DNA of 20,732 nucleotides from Alphaproteobacteria bacterium (GTDB lineage Bacteria; Pseudomonadota; Alphaproteobacteria; JBFXJJ01): NCBI GenBank assembly GCA_050175015.1, contig JBFXJJ010000023.1, positions 1 to 20,732 of the forward strand, read 5' to 3'. Shown piece by piece: positions 16,658 to 20,732 of this stretch (position 1 is its first letter; each line of letters starts with the position of its first letter). The notes under the pieces were generated by a model. It saw only the letters and a program-made list of their open reading frames with translations, ran no database searches and was not told where the DNA came from. The position numbers and the translations under genes were made by a program.

Positions 16658-18442
16658 TTGTTTAAGAAAATTTTTAAATTCATTAGACGTTGCTTTTCAT
16701 TCATTTTGACTTTTATAGGTGGTATTTGGCTGATATCGGTTATTGGTATGATTGCTTTTCTCTATTTTTCCGAAATCAAGCACAAACCTTTGTCAGAAGA
16801 CTCTTTTATTTATGTCGATTTGGATAAAGGTTTTTTTGAGGGCGAACCCAATACTTTGTTATCGCAAATAGTTAACAGCGAAAGTTTGCCTCTCTATCGT
16901 TTATTAGAAACGATTGAGGCTGCTTCTAAAGATGATAAAATAAAAGGAATAGCCGCATCGATTAGTGAAGTTGAAATCGGTTTAGCTGGCGCTCAAGAAA
17001 TTAGAAATGCGGTTTTAAAATTTAGAAAAACAGGAAAAAAAGCAATTATTTTTTCTGAAAGCTATGGCAGCCTAGGCAGCGGCACGGCAGAATATTATAT
17101 AGCCAGTGCGTTTGATGAAATTTGGATGCAGCCTACAGGTGAACTTGGAATAACTGGTTTAAGGGTAGAAATTCCTTTTGCTAAAAAAGCTTTGGATAAA
17201 CTAGGTGTTAAGCCAAGTTTTTTCTCCTTTTATGAATATAAAACTGCGGCAGCCCATTTTACTGATGAAACCTTTACTAAGGAGCACCGTGAATCTTTAA
17301 CTAGTCTACTGCAATCAATCTACGATACGGTTACTGGCGATATTGCAGAAGCTCGCAACCTTGATGTTTTGCAAGTTAAAAATGTTATTGATACAGCACC
17401 CTTGCTTGCCGATGAAGCTTTAAAAAGCGGTTTTATTGATAAGCTGGCATATCGTGATGAATTGAAAAATCTCATAGAAAATGAATGGCATTATAAACAG
17501 ATTAATTTAGTAGATTATGCCCTAAATATTATGAACAGTACTTATAAAGATGCCCCTGAATTAGCCTATATTAATGCTGTAGGTACGATTGTTTCTGATG
17601 ATGGCGATTTGTTTCCGCAAACGTCTAAAGATACCCTCAGTTCCAAAGTTATCAGCAAGGCAATTAGAGATGCAGCTAATGATGATAAAATAAAGGCGAT
17701 TATTTTAAGAATAGATAGCCCTGGAGGGGAATATGTGGCGTCAGATACGATTTGGCACGAAGTTTCACAGGCAAAAATCAAGAAGCCAGTAATAGCATCA
17801 CTTAGCAACTATGCGGCTTCTGGTGGCTATTTCATAGCAATGAATGCGGATAAAATAGTTGCCCAGCCTTCCACAATTACGGGTTCAATTGGCGTTTTAG
17901 CAGGCAAGCTTGTGCCCGAAGAGCTTTTAGCAAAGCTTGGCATTAATTTTGAGGCTATATCTTTAGGAGAGAATGCAGGCTTTACAAGCTTTAGCAGTGA
18001 TTTCAGTGATAGCCAGAAAAAGCGTCTTAATGAAACTTTAGAATTTATTTATAAAGATTTCACAACAAAGGCTATGCAGGCAAGGGCAATAAGTGAATCC
18101 GAGATAGACAACATTGCAAGAGGAAGAGTTTGGTCTGGTGAGCAGGCTTTAAAACTAAATCTCATTGATAAGATTGGCGGCGTTCCAGAAGCTGTTGCCG
18201 AGGCTAAGGCTATGATTAATGTTGCCGAAGATACGCCCATTAATCTAACTGTTTTCCCGCGCCCCAAAACCCAAGCAGAACTCATAATGGATTTTTTAAA
18301 GAATAGACCGCTTGTTAGTTTAAATAGCTCATTCTTTAAAACCAGCTTTGAGAATGGTTACTGGAGTGGAGTTAAGGTTTTAGAAAAAATGTCTCAGCCT
18401 AACAAAGTTTTAATGATGCCGGAATTTTTGCTTATTAACTAG
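16658..18442 (+). CDS. sppA: Signal peptide peptidase SppA, 67K type
   Basis: N-terminal TM, YYIASAFDEIWMQPTG, LRIDSPGG, AASGGYFIA, ITGSIGV, IARGRVWSG. TTG start. Confidence 0.95.
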   Translation: MFKKIFKFIRRCFSFILTFIGGIWLISVIGMIAFLYFSEIKHKPLSEDSFIYVDLDKGFFEGEPNTLLSQIVNSESLPLYRLLETIEAASKDDKIKGIAASISEVEIGLAGAQEIRNAVLKFRKTGKKAIIFSESYGSLGSGTAEYYIASAFDEIWMQPTGELGITGLRVEIPFAKKALDKLGVKPSFFSFYEYKTAAAHFTDETFTKEHRESLTSLLQSIYDTVTGDIAEARNLDVLQVKNVIDTAPLLADEALKSGFIDKLAYRDELKNLIENEWHYKQINLVDYALNIMNSTYKDAPELAYINAVGTIVSDDGDLFPQTSKDTLSSKVISKAIRDAANDDKIKAIILRIDSPGGEYVASDTIWHEVSQAKIKKPVIASLSNYAASGGYFIAMNADKIVAQPSTITGSIGVLAGKLVPEELLAKLGINFEAISLGENAGFTSFSSDFSDSQKKRLNETLEFIYKDFTTKAMQARAISESEIDNIARGRVWSGEQALKLNLIDKIGGVPEAVAEAKAMINVAEDTPINLTVFPRPKTQAELIMDFLKNRPLVSLNSSFFKTSFENGYWSGVKVLEKMSQPNKVLMMPEFLLIN

Positions 18443-18593
18443 GGTAATGTTTATTTAATTGTTCTTTTTTATCTTGCCTTGCGAAAAGTGTTTCTCCGCA
18501 TATTTTGCCTCTAACAAAAGCTTTAATATGCGAATTAAGATTCATATTCTCATAAAGCAATAAAATAAAAATCGCTGATTTTAGTAAAAAGTA

Positions 18594-19343
18594 TTATTTT
18601 TTCTCGAAAGTTACACCGATTAAAAATTCGATATTACCTTCAGGACCAGTTATTGGGCTTTGAGTAATGCTTTGGACGTTGAAATTTGGTTGAGATTTAA
18701 ACCAGCTTTCAATATCATCACAAACTTGTTTGTGTATTTCAGGATCTTTTACTACCCCTTTTTTGCCGATATTTTCTTTTCCAGCTTCGAATTGAGGTTT
18801 GATTAAAGCTATGACCCAACCGTTGTTCTTGAGCATACTAAGGGCAGAGGGCAACACTGTCTTGAGGCTTATAAAACTGGCATCACAAACAACCGCATCA
18901 ACTTTTTCAGGAATTTGCTCGGCAGTTAGATAACGAGCATTAGTCCTTTCTAAGACGACAACTTTAGGATTTTCTCTAATGCTATACGCTAATTGTCCGT
19001 AGCCGACATCAACAGCATAAATCTTTTCAGCCCCGTTTTTTAAAAGAACGTCGGTGAAGCCGCCAGTTGATGCTCCAACATCAATAGCGGTTATTCCGTG
19101 GGCATCAAAATTAAAAGTTTTTAATCCATGCTCTAATTTTAAGCCGCCACGAGATACCCAGTTATGTTCTTTTCCTTTGATAATGATTTCGATATCTGAT
19201 TTAAAGTTCATTCCTGCTTTATCAAGCTTTTTATCGCCTGAGAAAACAAGTCCTGACATAATCAAAGCTTGAGCCTTGCTTCTAGTTTCAGCAAGTCCTT
19301 TCTCAACTAATAAAATATCTAGACGTTGTTTGGCAGAGGACAT
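18594..19343 (-). CDS. tlyA: TlyA-family rRNA 2'-O-methyltransferase (S4 + FtsJ domains)
   Basis: KQRLDILLV, VSRGGLKL, DVGASTGGFTD, LIKPQFEAG, SPITGPEGNIEF. Confidence 0.96.
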   Translation of the reverse strand: MSSAKQRLDILLVEKGLAETRSKAQALIMSGLVFSGDKKLDKAGMNFKSDIEIIIKGKEHNWVSRGGLKLEHGLKTFNFDAHGITAIDVGASTGGFTDVLLKNGAEKIYAVDVGYGQLAYSIRENPKVVVLERTNARYLTAEQIPEKVDAVVCDASFISLKTVLPSALSMLKNNGWVIALIKPQFEAGKENIGKKGVVKDPEIHKQVCDDIESWFKSQPNFNVQSITQSPITGPEGNIEFLIGVTFEKK

Positions 19344-19502
19344 CTTTATTCTCTAATATTTTTTTACCTATGTATCATTATATAGAACAAAAGTTATTAA
19401 AATGGAACACTTTGATTCTGCTTTTATAGAGGCAAAAGCTTATCTGTTTATGATTTATTTTAAACATCAAAAATTAAAAAATGTTTTTAGAATATGTCAT
19501 AA

Positions 19503-19530
19503 AAAAAGCCTTAATTTAATAAGGCTTTTT
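19503..19530. terminator. Rho-independent terminator
   Basis: AAAAAGCCTTA-ATTTAA-TAAGGCTTTTT hairpin just downstream of the stop codon at 19540. Confidence 0.7.
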
Positions 19531-19539
19531 CATAGAATT

Positions 19540-20442
19540 TTATTTGCTATTATCAATCGCATCGGTGATTAATTTTTGAGCATCAATCAAAACTTCGGAA
19601 TTGTCGTCTTCATCGCTAAGACTGTTTTGAACGGCGTCTTTAGCAAGTTGTTTGGCGTTTATAAAGGCTTCCGCATCATCTAACGTATCAGTATCTTGCA
19701 TACTATTGTCAATGGCATCAGTGATTAACTTTTGTGCATCAACCAATATTTCAGAATTATCGTCTTCATCGCCAAGACTGTTTTGAACAGCATTCTTAAC
19801 AAGCTGCTTAGCATTTATAACGTTTACATCATCAGATGTACCTTCTGTATCTTGCATACTATTGTCAATGGCATCAGTGATTAATTTCTGTGCATCAACT
19901 AAGATTTCAGAATTGCCGTCTTCATCGCCAAGACTGTTTTGAACAGCATTCTTAACAAGCTGCTTAGCATTTATAACGTTTACATCATCAGATGTACCTT
20001 CTGTATCTTGCATACTATTGTCAATAGCATCGGTGATTAATTTCTGTGCATCAACTAAGATTTCAGAATTGCCGTCTTCATCGCCAAGACTGTTTTGAAC
20101 AGCATTCTTAACAAGCTGCTTAGCATTTATAACGTTTACATCATCAGATGTGTCGTCTGTATCTTGCATACTATTGTCAATCGCATCGGTGACTAATTTC
20201 TGTGCATCAACCAAGATTTCTGAATTGTCGTCTTCATCGCCAAGGCTGTTTTGAACAGCGTCTTTAGCAAGTTGTTTAGCGTTTATAAATGTTTCCGCAT
20301 CATCTAACGTATCAGTATCTTGCATACTGTTATCAATGGCATCAGTAATTAGTTTCTGAGTGTCAATCGTTATAGTCTCTTGAGCATTTGTTTTTGATAT
20401 TAACACTAGAGACAGAGCTAAAAAGCATAATAATTTTTTCAT
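19540..20442 (-). CDS. Secreted acidic tandem-repeat protein, function unknown
   Basis: Signal peptide MKKLLCFLALSLVLISKTNA|Q, RBS AAAGGA, then five 52-aa units and a 14-aa partial unit. Confidence 0.88.
   Translation of the reverse strand: MKKLLCFLALSLVLISKTNAQETITIDTQKLITDAIDNSMQDTDTLDDAETFINAKQLAKDAVQNSLGDEDDNSEILVDAQKLVTDAIDNSMQDTDDTSDDVNVINAKQLVKNAVQNSLGDEDGNSEILVDAQKLITDAIDNSMQDTEGTSDDVNVINAKQLVKNAVQNSLGDEDGNSEILVDAQKLITDAIDNSMQDTEGTSDDVNVINAKQLVKNAVQNSLGDEDDNSEILVDAQKLITDAIDNSMQDTDTLDDAEAFINAKQLAKDAVQNSLSDEDDNSEVLIDAQKLITDAIDNSK
19543..20364 (-). repeat. 156-bp coding tandem repeat, about 5.3 copies
   Basis: Unit DAQKLITDAIDNSMQDTEGTSDDVNVINAKQLVKNAVQNSLGDEDGNSEILV. The central copies are near-identical at DNA level. 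Confidence 0.93.
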
Positions 20443-20463
20443 AAATTTCCTTTAAGGTTTACA

Positions 20464-20732
20464 TTAATAATCGTCGTCATTAAAAGCTTCAATAATTTCA
20501 TATTTCGTAATTTCCAGAGGCTTTTCTCCATAACCGCTTGCTATAACTTGTCCCCATTCTTCCAAATTTAGATCTTTTTTCAATTTTATGGGCAACAACG
20601 GAGTTTCTATTATCGTTGCATGGTGTCGTAACAAGCTTTAGTTTTGTTGCTGGCTTTGATGCCTCTCGGCGTTTTTCTCCGATAAGGTAATCATTAATAA
20701 CATCACTTACCGCTACTCTGGAGTTTTTTAAC
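20464..20732 (-). pseudogene. 3' part of a hypothetical gene entering from the right edge, possibly frameshifted
   Basis: One frame is open from the edge (LKNSRVAVSDVINDYLIGEKRR...KLVTTPCNDNRNS...) to TGA at 20500-20498. An overlapping frame gives a protein-like tail, PLLPIKLKKDLNLEEWGQVIASGYGEKPLEITKYEIIEAFNDDDY*, ending at 20464. Confidence 0.35.

Noticed and set aside
16658-18442. Functional link between sppA and the invertible signal peptides
   Set aside because: It is 11 kb away in a housekeeping fabI-aroC cluster, with no sequence evidence of a connection.
5939-19272. Short ORFs overlapping usp, kinase, dnaJ, trkH, yihY, sppA and tlyA (5939, 6307, 7207, 7523, 7533, 8807, 12485, 13040, 13398, 17566, 18049, 19054)
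   Set aside because: Shadow frames within or overlapping well-supported genes.
19543-20364. Repeat array as CRISPR
   Set aside because: The units are contiguous 156-bp in-frame coding repeats without unique spacers, and there are no cas genes.

Overview
AT-rich bacterial chromosomal segment, probably from an alphaproteobacterium (inferred from the fabI-aroC linkage and protein styles). The right three quarters (5.7-20.7 kb) are mostly ordinary genes: universal stress protein, APH-like/P-loop kinase fusion, DnaJ/CbpA, trkH-kdpD(short)-kdpE, YihY, fabI, aroC, sppA, tlyA, and a secreted acidic 52-aa-repeat protein. The left 5.6 kb holds the main finding. Two paralogous GLUG-repeat/Cys-rich secreted-protein genes on the minus strand have no start codon or signal peptide. 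Each is preceded by a ~560-580 bp segment bounded by inverted repeats (1832-2393 and 4975-5558) that carries the missing promoter, RBS, ATG and signal peptide on the opposite strand. Inverting each segment fuses the leader in frame to its gene (...MYPSYGY|SQTAIT and ...IYPYYGY|SQTAIT). The crossover sites look like tyrosine-recombinase core sites (TATAACC-N7-GGATATA) with shared arms but locus-specific 7-bp spacers. Both segments contain IHF-consensus boxes and 11-bp-phased GTTACCC repeat pairs at matching offsets, resembling lambda attP. Both switches are assembled in the OFF state, and no recombinase gene lies in the window. Actual inversion is inferred, not observed.
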